Assembly (NCBI GenBank): GCA_965249195.1
Contig: CBDFLM010000015.1
Span: 476,644 to 540,643, forward strand
Reading direction: 5' to 3'
Source: Longimicrobiales bacterium
GTDB lineage: Bacteria; Gemmatimonadota; Gemmatimonadetes; Longimicrobiales; Gaopeijiaceae
DNA: 64,000 nt
A program made the position numbers and the translations under genes. Under the pieces are notes generated by a model, which saw only the letters and a program-made list of their open reading frames with translations, was not told the DNA's origin and ran no database searches. Shown here one piece after another: positions 1 through 9,827 of the stretch. The stretch's first letter is position 1; the number at the start of each line of letters is the position of its first letter.

Positions 1-746
1 ACGGATCCGTCCTGCCCCCGGGTTGGCACTGGCTCTACTTCAGACCCGTCGTCGAGCAGCGGCATCTGGGCGGCGACGGACACGAGCGGCTCGGCGACTT
101 CTTGCGCCCCGTGCCCCTTTCTCGCCGCATGTGGGCCGGCGGCAAGCTCTCGCTGCTCGACGAGCTGAGGTTGGGAGACGCCGTCACGCGACGGTCGCGC
201 GTCGAGTCGGCCGTCGAGAAGCAGGGCCGGTCGGGGCGCCTGTTTTTCGTGACTGTCCGCCACGACCTCTCCACCGAGCGGGGTCCGGCGGTGGAGGAGG
301 TGCAGCACCTCGTGTACCGAGGCGGGGTCGTCGCCCGCCGTCCACCGGGGGCTCCGGTGGCGCCGAGCGAATGCGACTGGAGCGAGAGGTTCTCGTTCGA
401 CACGGTCACGCTTTTTCGCTTCTCTGCGCTCACCTTCAACGGTCACCGCATCCACTACGATCACCCGTACGCGGTCGGAGTGGAGGGCTATCCGGAGCTC
501 GTCGTGCACGCCCCGCTCACGGCTCTTCTGCTTCTCGATGCGGCGATGCGTCACGCCGCAGCGCGGGTGCCGACGGGCTACGAGTACCGCGCCACCAGTC
601 CGCTCTTCGCCGGGGAGGAGATCCGCATCGCCGGTAGCGACCCGCGACCGGATGACGGCCCGACGCCGGAGGAGTCCGAGGCGTGGGCCGCGGCTCCCGA
701 CGGAGCCCTCGCCATGCGTACGCGGACGATCTGGAGCGCGCGCTGA
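1..746 (+). CDS. MaoC-like (R)-specific enoyl-CoA hydratase / acyl dehydratase, 5'-partial
   Basis: The frame continues upstream of the first Met at 102, back to the window start (GSVLPPGWHWLYFRPVVEQRHLGGDGHERL...), so the gene runs off the 5' edge. Hot-dog fold signatures RRMWAGG and FNGHRIHYDHPYA...GYPELVVHAPLTALLLLD are present. Confidence 0.6.
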   Translation, partial: GSVLPPGWHWLYFRPVVEQRHLGGDGHERLGDFLRPVPLSRRMWAGGKLSLLDELRLGDAVTRRSRVESAVEKQGRSGRLFFVTVRHDLSTERGPAVEEVQHLVYRGGVVARRPPGAPVAPSECDWSERFSFDTVTLFRFSALTFNGHRIHYDHPYAVGVEGYPELVVHAPLTALLLLDAAMRHAAARVPTGYEYRATSPLFAGEEIRIAGSDPRPDDGPTPEESEAWAAAPDGALAMRTRTIWSAR

Positions 747-889
747 GATCGGCGAGCCTGTCGCGGGCGATGGTCACGGCTCGTTCGCAGCCGGCCGGTG
801 TCGGCGCTGCTGAAGGCGTAGGCGCGATACGCGGACCGGGCCGTCCTCGAAGCGCGGGTCGAGGTCTGGGAAGACCCGGGCGTGGCTCT

Positions 890-1819
890 TCAACGGTGTC
901 GAACTTCGACCGGCTCGCTCAGGCGATGGATCGGGAGCGCACCGTACGGACGCTCCAGGGGCCAATCGCCCGCGGGCAGCGTCTCGTGCCCGCCGAGTAC
1001 CAGTAATCCATCCGGTGCCAGGCGCCGGAGCATCCGCTCGAGAAGCGCGCACTGCAGTGAGACGTCGAAATAGGTGAACACGAGGTTGCGGCACAGAACG
1101 AGATCGAAGAGGCCAGAAGGCATCTCGTGGCTGACGTCCTGTTGGAGGAGCTCGACCCGGTTCCGGAAGGCTGCGCGAAGACACATCGTCTCGTCGGCCA
1201 GATCGAAGGCCTCGGCGACCCACCCATGCGGGAGCGCTCTCAGGGATGCAGGTGGGTAACAGGCGATCCGGCTTCGCTCGAGCATTCCTGGGTCGGCTTC
1301 GGTGGCCACGATCTCGAGCTCGACACCAGGCGGGTGCCGCCTGGCATCCAAGGCCCAGGCTAAGCTCAAGCTATACGGATCCTCTCCGGAGGCGCAGCCG
1401 GCCGACCAAGCGCGGATCACACGACCGCCCCGCTCCTGGACTGCTCGTTCGAGGTTGGGGAGGATTCGAGCGCCAACAGCTTCGAACACCGCCCGGTCGC
1501 GCCAAAAGCGGGAGATGGTGATCCGGCAAAGGCAGTCCAATTCCGCCCACTCATCGAGATGGGTCCCGAGGTAGACGGTGTACTCGCCGAGATCCTGGAG
1601 TCCCAGCCGCCGGAGCCGCCGTGACAGGCGCTTGCGCACCTGGCCGCGTACCCTCCGAAAGCCAGGCCAACGCATTTGCATCTTCGGTAGCGCCCACTGA
1701 AGAAACGCGACGCAATCTGCGTCCCTCAAGAGTCCTCGCACGCCGATGGCACCGCTCTCTCTCGCCTCCACTGAAATGATGAGGGAATCTGGCCTCGGCC
1801 GCGCCAGCTTCGAAATCAC
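890..1819 (-). CDS. cheR: chemotaxis protein methyltransferase CheR (SAM-dependent)
   Basis: 309-aa ORF. CheR N-terminal helical domain plus MTase motif VIRAWSAGCASGEDPYSLSLA (compare IWSAGCSTGEEPYS). Ends DLVLCRNLVFTYFD. No other che genes are adjacent. Confidence 0.8.
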   Translation of the reverse strand: MISKLARPRPDSLIISVEARESGAIGVRGLLRDADCVAFLQWALPKMQMRWPGFRRVRGQVRKRLSRRLRRLGLQDLGEYTVYLGTHLDEWAELDCLCRITISRFWRDRAVFEAVGARILPNLERAVQERGGRVIRAWSAGCASGEDPYSLSLAWALDARRHPPGVELEIVATEADPGMLERSRIACYPPASLRALPHGWVAEAFDLADETMCLRAAFRNRVELLQQDVSHEMPSGLFDLVLCRNLVFTYFDVSLQCALLERMLRRLAPDGLLVLGGHETLPAGDWPLERPYGALPIHRLSEPVEVRHR

Positions 1820-1875
1820 TTCTGAAGCCTTGACCCAGGCTCGCTGAGAGTTGTACTCTAGCCAATGATTAGCAT

Positions 1876-1888
1876 ATCAACTATTGAT
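1876..1888. promoter_or_regulatory. Candidate MarR operator: perfect palindrome ATCAA-CTA-TTGAT in the cheR / marR divergent intergenic region
   Basis: Inverted repeat read directly in the 117-bp AT-richer spacer, 48 bp upstream of the marR start. This is the typical position for MarR autoregulation. Confidence 0.3.
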
Positions 1889-1935
1889 CCGCCTAATGTC
1901 ACGACCGACCCCGCTGCAGAGAGGAAGGGGCGACC

Positions 1936-2397
1936 ATGAAAAGTGTCTTGGCCGGGGGACGGCGCGGGAGCCACATATCTGATGAGCAACGGGCCCTGAT
2001 CGCGGTGTTCTCCGCGGCCGGTCGTATGCGACGCCGAATGGGACTCGTGCTCGAGCAGCACCAGATCAGCGCATCGCAGTACAACGTCCTGAGAATACTG
2101 CGAGGCGCAGGAGGAGTGCTCGCTACCATGACCATTCGCGACCGCATGATGGATCGGGAGCCGTCGATCACTCGGCTCGTGGATCGGCTGAAGGCCAAGG
2201 GGCAGGTGAGGCGAGTGCCCTCGCGGGAGGATCGCCGCCGGGTCGATTGTCACCTGACGTCCGCTGGCCGGAAGCTCCTCGACAGCCTGGACGAGCCGAT
2301 CGACGAGATGGACCGGGAGCTGATGCAGGGACTCACGAAACGCGAGCTCCAGACGGTGGTCGAGCTTCTCGAAAAGGTCGGGAGCCCCGGTGAGTGA
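1936..2397 (+). CDS. MarR family transcriptional regulator
   Basis: 153 aa. Winged-HTH core SQYNVLRILRGAGG...TIRDRMMDREPSITRLVDRLKAKGQVRRVPSREDRRRVDCHLTSAGRKLL. Lies upstream of an MFS efflux gene. Confidence 0.85.
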   Translation: MKSVLAGGRRGSHISDEQRALIAVFSAAGRMRRRMGLVLEQHQISASQYNVLRILRGAGGVLATMTIRDRMMDREPSITRLVDRLKAKGQVRRVPSREDRRRVDCHLTSAGRKLLDSLDEPIDEMDRELMQGLTKRELQTVVELLEKVGSPGE

Positions 2398-2521
2398 AGT
2401 CCGTGGCTTCGTCCCAGGGGGAGATTGGCATTTCTTCGACAGCAAGGCTGATGCGGCTCTTCATGAGTGAGCGGGGGTTCATCGACCACCTGAAGTTCCG
2501 CTTGACGGGCAGTCGATCACG

Positions 2522-4132
2522 GTGAGGTCGGCCCTACCCGAGGGCGACGGTGATGGCGCCGGCGACCGACGGAGCGCGGATGGGGAAGATTTCAGGGATG
2601 GCATAGCTCCGGACGTCTACCGGCAACGTTGGCGGACGCTGGGCGTGCTGAATCTCGCCCTGGTCATCATCGTGATAGCCAATTCCTCGTTGACCATCGC
2701 GCTTCCCACGCTCGTGCGCGCACTCGGTGCAACGGCCGTGGACCTCCAGTGGATCGTCGACGCTTACGCCATCGTCTTCGGCGGACTCCTTCTCACCATG
2801 GGTGCGCTCGGCGACCGTTACGGACGCAAGGGCGCGTTCCAGATGGGCCTCGTCATATTCGGGGCCGCTTCGGCCGCCGCCATCTGGGCGACCTCGGCCG
2901 CGCACCTCGTGGCTGCGCAAGCCGTGATGGGTCTCGGCGCCGCCCTGATCATGCCCGCGACGCTTTCGATCCTCACCACGACGTTTCCCAGGAGAGAAGT
3001 CGGTAAGGCCATGGGGATCTGGGTGGCATTCGTGGGCGTTGGCGGTACCCTGGGTCCGCTGCTCGGTGGCGTGCTGCTGGAGGCCTTCGCATGGCAGGCC
3101 ATTTACGCGATAAATCTTCCAGTCGTGGCCTTGACGTTGGCCGGTGCCGTTGCGTGGGTCCCCGGGAGCCGGGAGTCGAAGCGCCCCCGCCTCGACCCCC
3201 TCGGGACCTTCCTTTCCGTCGTCGCTCTGGCGGCGCTCCTGTTCGGGATCATCGAGGCGCCCGTACGCGGTTGGAGCGACGAGCTCGTAGCCGGATCCCT
3301 CATCGTGGGCGTCGTGGCACTCGTGTCATTCCTGTATTGGGAGAACGCCACGGCCGAACCGCTTCTTCCTCTCGAGTTCTTTCGCGAGCCCGGCTTCACG
3401 ATCGGAACGACCGTGATCGCGATGACCTTCTTCTCGCTCTTCGCGATCTTCTTCATCATGACCCAGTACCTGCAGTTCGTGGCTTCCTACTCACCCCTGC
3501 AGACGGGCCTGATGATGCTCCCGTACTCGGCGGGCATGCTGTTGGGAGCCCCGAACAGCGATCGAATGGCCCGTCGGTTGGGGACCGCGCGCACGGTGGC
3601 AGGCGGCCTTCTGCTGCTGGTGATCTCCCTCGCCAGCTACGGGTCCTTCGACGCCACGACCCCCTTCTGGGCCATCGCGTTCATGTTCTTCGTGGGGGGG
3701 CTGGGGATGGGATTCGCGATGGCGCCGACGACCCATTCCATCATGGATGCGGTACCGGCGTCGAAAGCAGGCGTGGGATCTGCGATGAACGACACGAGCC
3801 GCGAGGTCGGAGGGGCGATCGGCATCGCGGTCCTGGGGAACATCCTCAACCTCGCCTATCGATCCAAGCTCTCCGATCATCTGCAGCGGCAAGGATTCGA
3901 CGGGGCGTCGATGGAGTCCGCGCTCCAGTCCCTGGGTGCGGCCCTCGAGCTGGCCGGGGCAACGCCCGGAGCGGCGGGCACCCAACTGGAGGGAGCGGCC
4001 TTGGACGCCTTCCTGGCCGGTATGGCGTGGGCCTTCGGCTGCGCGGCGGTCCTGGCGTCGGTCGCCGCGGTCCTCGCTCTGACCAGACTGCCCGAGCTGC
4101 ACGACGCGGGGCTGGTCGAGGCGCCGGCCTGA
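2522..4132 (+). CDS. MFS transporter, DHA2 (EmrB/QacA) drug:H+ antiporter family, 14 TMS
   Basis: 536 aa. No in-frame ATG precedes TM1, so a GTG start is likely. MFS motifs GALGDRYGRKG and multiple TM helices. Classic MarR-MFS pair. Confidence 0.85.
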   Translation: MRSALPEGDGDGAGDRRSADGEDFRDGIAPDVYRQRWRTLGVLNLALVIIVIANSSLTIALPTLVRALGATAVDLQWIVDAYAIVFGGLLLTMGALGDRYGRKGAFQMGLVIFGAASAAAIWATSAAHLVAAQAVMGLGAALIMPATLSILTTTFPRREVGKAMGIWVAFVGVGGTLGPLLGGVLLEAFAWQAIYAINLPVVALTLAGAVAWVPGSRESKRPRLDPLGTFLSVVALAALLFGIIEAPVRGWSDELVAGSLIVGVVALVSFLYWENATAEPLLPLEFFREPGFTIGTTVIAMTFFSLFAIFFIMTQYLQFVASYSPLQTGLMMLPYSAGMLLGAPNSDRMARRLGTARTVAGGLLLLVISLASYGSFDATTPFWAIAFMFFVGGLGMGFAMAPTTHSIMDAVPASKAGVGSAMNDTSREVGGAIGIAVLGNILNLAYRSKLSDHLQRQGFDGASMESALQSLGAALELAGATPGAAGTQLEGAALDAFLAGMAWAFGCAAVLASVAAVLALTRLPELHDAGLVEAPA

Positions 4133-4186
4133 CGCGGCCCGGCGGGGTTCGGGCCGTCCGCTCGGCGGTCCGCATCACCGGGTCAC

Positions 4187-5306
4187 TCAGAAGAAGCGCG
4201 CCAGGGAGATCGCGAGCGCGGTGCGCTGCCGCTGCGCCAGAGCCGGCTCCCGGGTCGGATCTCCCGACCATCCGGTGATCGCCGCCTCGACCGAGGTGGC
4301 CGCGCCCACGGTCCAGCCGACCTGGACCGCGTAGCTTCCGATTGCCCGATTCCATGTCGACGAGTAGCTGGGGTCGGAGCCTAAGCTGCTCAGCGACGAG
4401 TTGGCTGCCGACGAGAAGATCGTCCCAGAGGGGAGAGCGGGATTCGTGGTCGACTCCCGACCAACCCTGCTCGACGACGAACGACAGGTACGGCGTGGGG
4501 AACCACTCGCCGCCTACGGTGCCGCGCGCTTCGGTCGTGCCATCCCTCCTTCGCACAGCCCCCTCGGAGTGAAGGACCACGGGCCCGAGGGCCCACTGGA
4601 GCTCGTAGCCCCCTTGCCTGAGCGAGGGCGGGTCGAGAGCGGCCCCGCCGTCGGGGTGAGGGACCGCCCAGAACGACCGGTCGCTTCCGTGCACGTACGT
4701 CAACGCCACGTCCAGCGGACCCAGCACCCGGGACAGGCGCGCGCCCCCACCCGGATGGTCTCCCCAAGACTTGTCGGAGCGGAGTGGCAGGCCTCCCCAG
4801 GTCTCGGTCAGCAGCCCTCCCATATCCGTCGGGCGGGACACCGGGAACGCGACGGTCTCGAGAGAGCCCCACCCGCCGAACAGCGTCAGGCTCACGAGTG
4901 GCTGGCCCAGTCGCCGCCCACGTGCGGCGTCCCAGAAAGTTGCTCTCGGCGTAAGGACGTCGATCGGGCTCCGGAGGGCGGAGAGTCCCCACGGCACGTC
5001 CCCTATGCCGATCCGAAGCTCCGCGGAGCTCCACTGCTCCACGACCGTCACGTCCTCGAGGTTCAAGAGCGAAGCCCCCGCGTCGTCCAGATCCAGCCGG
5101 GCCGACACGGAGACTTGGAGCGACATTCCGAGCACCGACGCTCGGTGTGCCATACGCGCCTGCAGGTAGGGAACCGTCCGCGCTTCGACGCTACCCCCGA
5201 CCCGGACCGCTCCGGCGGCGATCCGGCTCGCCTGACCCTCGACCCCCTCGCAGGCACCGCCCACGACCAGAAAACCGATCGCGAGCCGGAGAAGTCGGGA
5301 GCACAT
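4187..5306 (-). CDS. Putative outer-membrane beta-barrel protein, reading frame disrupted near 4390-4440
   Basis: N-terminal signal peptide MCSRLLRLAIGFLVVGGACEG, then alternating beta-strand-like sequence in the 3846..5306 frame. A different frame carries a canonical OMP C-terminus ...SYAVQVGWTVGAATSVEAAITGWSGDPTREPALAQRQRTALAISLARFF* ending at 4187. The two halves are offset by 1 nt. The tail of the track ORF (3846-4186) overlaps the MFS gene and is junk. Confidence 0.45.
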
Positions 5307-5309
5307 AGA

Positions 5310-6089
5310 TCACCGACCGAGCCGGGCCGGGTCGAAATCACGTGCGGTGAGGCCGACACCCAAACGCAGATCGGTCCATTCCAAGGTGGTGCTTCCTCCG
5401 TCCCTGAGATCGACCATGGTCATCCGCCCCGCGCGCCAGAAGCCGCCGATCTCACGATAGTCCGCGATGTCGAGCGACCTGCGCCTGGCGCCGCCGCCGT
5501 CGAAGTACTCGACCCTGTGCAGCAGGTAGCGCTCCAGGTCGATCCACAGAAGCTGCCTCGGATAGCCGCCCGCTCCGCCCCGGCGGATCCGCTCGACCAG
5601 CACAGCATCGAGACCGGAGACGTCTTCATCCCTGATCCAGCGATACGAGAACCCCTCCATGCTCGGGGGACTCATGTCGTCGAACGTGAAGTGACTTCCC
5701 AGGAAGCTGTCGCTCGCCTGCGAGCCGCTAATCCGTCTCACCCGACGCGCGGTCGGAAGGTAGATCCACTGCGACCGGCTGCCGTCTGCGGCCAGAACGC
5801 TCAGGAACTCCGTCCTGGCGAGATCGGCGGGCCGCTCGAGCACGATCCGGGTCCGGTCCCCGTCCTGGGCCTCGAGGCCGCGCACGCGCATTTTTCGCAA
5901 TCGCTCCCGATCACCGTTCTCGACCCGCATCAGCAAGTCGGCCTCGAAGTCGCCGTATCCACGACTTCGTTGCTCCATCTCACGGACGATCGCATGCCCT
6001 CGCTCCCGGGCATCCTGCGCCGCGGCACCAGGTGCGGCGAGGGCAGCGACGGTCGCAAGCGCCAACAAGCCGGCCACTTTCGCGCTCAT
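5310..6089 (-). CDS. LolA-like outer-membrane lipoprotein-sorting / periplasmic lipid-carrier protein, partner of the MMPL exporter
   Basis: The true start is the internal Met of MSAKVAGLLALATVAALAAPGAAAQ (signal peptide). It overlaps the MMPL stop as ATGA. The MMPL + LolA-like pairing is known from aryl-polyene / flexirubin lipid-export modules. Confidence 0.6.
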   Translation of the reverse strand: MSAKVAGLLALATVAALAAPGAAAQDARERGHAIVREMEQRSRGYGDFEADLLMRVENGDRERLRKMRVRGLEAQDGDRTRIVLERPADLARTEFLSVLAADGSRSQWIYLPTARRVRRISGSQASDSFLGSHFTFDDMSPPSMEGFSYRWIRDEDVSGLDAVLVERIRRGGAGGYPRQLLWIDLERYLLHRVEYFDGGGARRRSLDIADYREIGGFWRAGRMTMVDLRDGGSTTLEWTDLRLGVGLTARDFDPARLGR

Positions 6090-8432
6090 CGAGGACTCCG
6101 CATGAGGAGGGACCGTATGGCGGGCCTTCGAGCGACGGCCCGCAGGAACGCAGGGAATCCGACCAGATCCGCGGCGAGGGCGAGGATGGCGGCGGAGCTG
6201 GTCAGGAGCCCGACCAGGAAGAGGACCTGGAAGCGCGACAACATGAGCACGCTGAAGCCGCACACGACGACCACTGTCACGACAACCAGCGCGGACCCGA
6301 CCTTTCGGAGCGTTTCAGCGAGTACGCGGTCCACTTCGGCAGACGAGCGCACGTTACGCACGAGGGCCCCGAGAAAGTGGATCGTGTCGTCGGCGACGAG
6401 GCCGAACGCGATCGCGAAGACGATCAAAGTGGTCGGCTTGAGATCGAACCCGCCCAAGCGCATGAGCCCGAGCAACATGACGAGCGGAAACAGGTTCGGG
6501 ACGACTGCGACCAGCCCGAGGCGGGCCGAACGGAACATCCACGACATGGCCATCCAGACGAGAACGATCGAGAACGCGACACCGGGCAGGAAGCGCGAGA
6601 CCATCTGGTCCCAGAGCACTTGAGACAGCTTCACTGTCCCGGTCAGCGTGGCGGACCCCCGCGGCGGCGGGAGGGTTGTGAGCTGATCCTCGAGGCCGAG
6701 CAGGAAGGGGGACAACGCGGAGGAGCCCGCGTCCCGCACGAAGAAGACCACCTGGCCGGCCCCCCCCTCACGGAGGTACACGTCCTCCAGAGCGTCGAGC
6801 TCCTGTAGCTCCGAGAGGAAGAGGAGCTCGGCGACCTCCTCCGTGCTGCGAACCGTCGCGGACGTCCGCTCCTCCCCCGACCCGGCAACACCGGCCTCCG
6901 GCACCGACCCGTACGCGGCGCCCAGCTCGTCTACGAACTGGGGCAAACCCACCGAGCCGAGAACGACCGGATCGGCCTCGCCAAATGCCTGGAGCTCCCG
7001 GATCCATCGGAGCATCTCGGCGGAGTGACCGGGACCATCCCCATTCGTCAGGAACACGTTGACCTGAAACACGCCGAATCCGGCATCCTCTATCCAGCGC
7101 AGCTCCTCGAGGATCGGATCCCCGTCCTTGAGGTCGTCGATGAGCAATGCGTGCACACGAAGCCCACCCCCGAGCGCGAGCCCGAGGCCGAGTAGGACGG
7201 CGAATACCCAGTTCGGCCAGCCCGGGTGGATTCTCAGGGTCGCCTCTATCCGGCTCACGACGGAGCGACCGAGTCGCTCGCCCAGCGGCTCGTCGGGACC
7301 GAGATCCGAGGCGAACGAGAGGAGCGCGGGCAACAGGGTCGACGTGACGCCGAAGGCCGCTATCACGGCCAGGCCGGTCACGATCCCGAACTCGTAGACC
7401 AGGGGATTCCGCGTGGCCACCAGCCCCACGAAGCCGAGCGCCGTCGTCAGCGAAGTGAAGAAGCAGGAGCGCGCCAGCGTGGCGAAGGTGGCCACGACGG
7501 CGTCGGGCACCGTACGCCCCCCCCTGCCATCGTTGCCGGGCTCCAATCACGAGGTGCGTCGCGTCGGAAAGGGCCACCACGAGGATGACGATCGGCACCG
7601 CGCTCGTGAGCACGGAAACCGCCCGGCCCACGTAGCCCATGACCCCGAGCGTCAGGAGGATTGCCGGGGCGACGGACGCGAAGCACAGGAGGGCGAGGGA
7701 GAGGCGTTGGAAGTACGCCCAGAGCAGGGAGAGCGAGATGAGGACGCCGAACCCCAACAGCTTCGTCATATCCGCTTCGAGCGCGAGCGGCACCGTCACG
7801 CGTAGGATCGGCAGGCCGTTCAGGATGATCCGGCCCGCTCCCGCGGCTATCTCCTCGATCTCGGCCTGGAGGAAGGCCGTGACCTCCCTGCGCCTTGCGT
7901 CGCTGTCGTCGGCCGGATCCAGATATCCGTGTACGGCGAAGACGGTCAGGTCGTCGTTCCACAGGGTGGCGGCGAAGAGCGGGTGATCCCGACGGGGTTC
8001 GAGCACTTCGTGCAGCCGCGCGTCCGACAGGCCCGTCTCGTCGCGGGGTCGCCGGAGCCGCACCGCCGGCTGACCGTCCTCGAACGTCTCCTCCACGAAT
8101 TCCGTGGATCCGATCCAGCGGACGGATTCCAGCCCGGCCTCGTCGAACGCTCGGGCGAGGCGCTCGAGGGTGCGGTACTCCTGGATACCGAAAGTGCCCG
8201 TGACCTCCAGGAATGCCGACACCTGGAGGTCCTCCTTCGGAAAGTGCCGTTTGAACGCGTCGTACGCCTCCCGATCTCCGCCCTCGAACGCGAAGAATTG
8301 CTGGGCCGAGTAGTCCACGCGGACGTCGCTGGCGCCGACGAGCGCTGCGACGAGCAGCGCCCCGTGGATGACGACCACACTCCCCCGTCGCTGGACCAGG
8401 AGTCGGAAGAACGCCTCGACGCGCGGGTTCAC
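6086..8432 (-). CDS. MMPL / RND-superfamily lipid exporter (HpnN-like), frameshifted at a G8 tract
   Basis: The N-terminal half is real in frame 6768..8432 up to ...ALSDATHLV. The C-terminal half is real in frame 6086..7546 (…TVPDAVVATFATLARSCFFTSLTTALGF…TLLPALL, then a second periplasmic domain plus TM bundle). The frames switch at the homopolymer 7517-7524. Confidence 0.75.
7517..7524. repeat. C8/G8 homopolymer at the MMPL frameshift junction
   Basis: cgtacg-CCCCCCCC-tgcc read directly. It encodes the RGG / QGG junction of the two MMPL frames. Confidence 0.9.
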
Positions 8433-8453
8433 GGTCGCCCCATCAAGGTCGGC

Positions 8454-9827
8454 TCACCCTCCGGCGAGGAACCGGAAGTGGATGGGGAGGACGAGTAAGG
8501 TCGCCGCTGCCGAGCAGGCGGTCTGCAGGCTCATGTTCCAGGGCGGCTCGGCGGGCCAACCAGGCAGTGTGCGAGCAGTCCAGTAGATAGCGGTCGCGGC
8601 GAGCGCGATCGCGGCGGCGGTGGCGACGGACGCCGCCGTCACGCCGCCGCCGAACCACAGGCCGGTGGGAACCACGAGCAGTACCGCCGCGACACCGACG
8701 GCCAAGGTGAAGGGGAGCGAGGTCGGCTCGCGATTGCCCGGCCCGAAAGGCCGAAACTGAGTGAGCGAGACGAGCGACAACTGGCCCGCGATCACGCCGA
8801 TGAAGGGCGCCCGGAACGCCTCGCCCCCGACGAGCCAGTCCGGACCGGCGAGGACACGAGCAGTGACGTCGTGCGTCGCCAGCAGCACGAGCGCGACGAG
8901 GACCGCGTAGATCGTAGCGAGCACCTGATAGTGCGCATCGGGCAGTGGCCCTCGATCTCGTCGGAAGTGTCTCAGGGCCGCGAGCGCGGCCAATGCGATC
9001 GTCGGGGCCACCAGCCAATCGCCACCACCGAACACGTACACGCCGTAGAAGAAGAGCGCCGCGGCCATGACGCCGCTGGTGCGCATGAGCTTGGACCTCA
9101 GGCACAGCAGGCCCAAAAGCAGGATCATCGCCACCAGCGCCGCGAGATGGCCCGCGACGAGGCCCGCCGGCTCCGGGACGAACCGTACGAGCATGTAATA
9201 CGTGGCCAGTGGGACGAGCAGATTGTCGCTACCACGCAGGCTCACTCCCTCGATAAGCGTAACGATCAAGGAGATGTGAATCCCGAGAAGCACACTCGCG
9301 TCGCGGCCGACCTCGGTCATCAGCAGAAGCGGAACGTGCACCACGAGGAACGTGGTCACGAAGAAGGACGCCGAGCCTTCCAGGGACCCACGGTCGCTCT
9401 CGACGGAATACGTGGTGCGGCCGTACGTGGAGCCGAGAAGTGCGGCTGCGGTGTCGGAAACGACGAGCGCCAGCGCCGCCACGAGGTAGAAGACGGGCTG
9501 CTCGTACGCCAGCGTGAAGAGCAGCACCACCGCGAGCGGATAAAACAAACCTCCCTCGGAGCGTCGCGAGATGCTGTGGACGCTCTGGAGCAGACCGAGC
9601 CTGCGCGTACCCCAGATCAGCAGCGCGAAGCAGGAGGCGAGCCATAGCACGGTCCAGCGGCTGGTGAAGATCCATGGGAACGCCAGGACCAGCAGCCCGC
9701 CGACGAAGTGTACGAACTTGCGACTCAGCTCCGGCGGTGGCTTGGCGAACCACCGCCATGCCTCGGCTGCCCCGAAAATAAGGAGGAAGCCCGCGCCGAC
9801 GGCCGCCGCCCGTGGCAGCTCAGCCAT
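8454..9827 (-). CDS. Integral membrane protein: N-terminal CdsA / CTP-transferase-superfamily-like domain (polyprenol / DAG kinase-like) plus about 300-aa multi-TM C-terminal extension
   Basis: Start taken at MAELPRAAAVGAGFLLIFG, an internal Met 8 nt into the upstream BtaA-like gene. N-terminal motif SRKFVHFVGGLLVLAFPW resembles CTP-dependent lipid kinases / cytidylyltransferases. The rest is mostly hydrophobic helices. The family assignment is tentative. Confidence 0.45.
   Translation of the reverse strand: MAELPRAAAVGAGFLLIFGAAEAWRWFAKPPPELSRKFVHFVGGLLVLAFPWIFTSRWTVLWLASCFALLIWGTRRLGLLQSVHSISRRSEGGLFYPLAVVLLFTLAYEQPVFYLVAALALVVSDTAAALLGSTYGRTTYSVESDRGSLEGSASFFVTTFLVVHVPLLLMTEVGRDASVLLGIHISLIVTLIEGVSLRGSDNLLVPLATYYMLVRFVPEPAGLVAGHLAALVAMILLLGLLCLRSKLMRTSGVMAAALFFYGVYVFGGGDWLVAPTIALAALAALRHFRRDRGPLPDAHYQVLATIYAVLVALVLLATHDVTARVLAGPDWLVGGEAFRAPFIGVIAGQLSLVSLTQFRPFGPGNREPTSLPFTLAVGVAAVLLVVPTGLWFGGGVTAASVATAAAIALAATAIYWTARTLPGWPAEPPWNMSLQTACSAAATLLVLPIHFRFLAGG

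Noticed and set aside
855-878. Inverted repeat CGGGTC-N12-GACCCG between the convergent MaoC and cheR genes, as a bidirectional terminator
   Set aside because: Short stem, long loop, and no flanking T/A tract. Too weak to call.
4401-6623. 740-aa plus-strand ORF, and similar long ORFs (3091..4278 +, 17000..18388 -, 23315..24355 -, 62425..63321 -)
   Set aside because: They are Arg / Pro / Gly-rich low-complexity translations lying antisense to or frame-shifted from well-supported genes. These are typical GC-rich spurious ORFs. Only the short N-terminal part of 17000..18388 is real, as the PEP-enzyme start.
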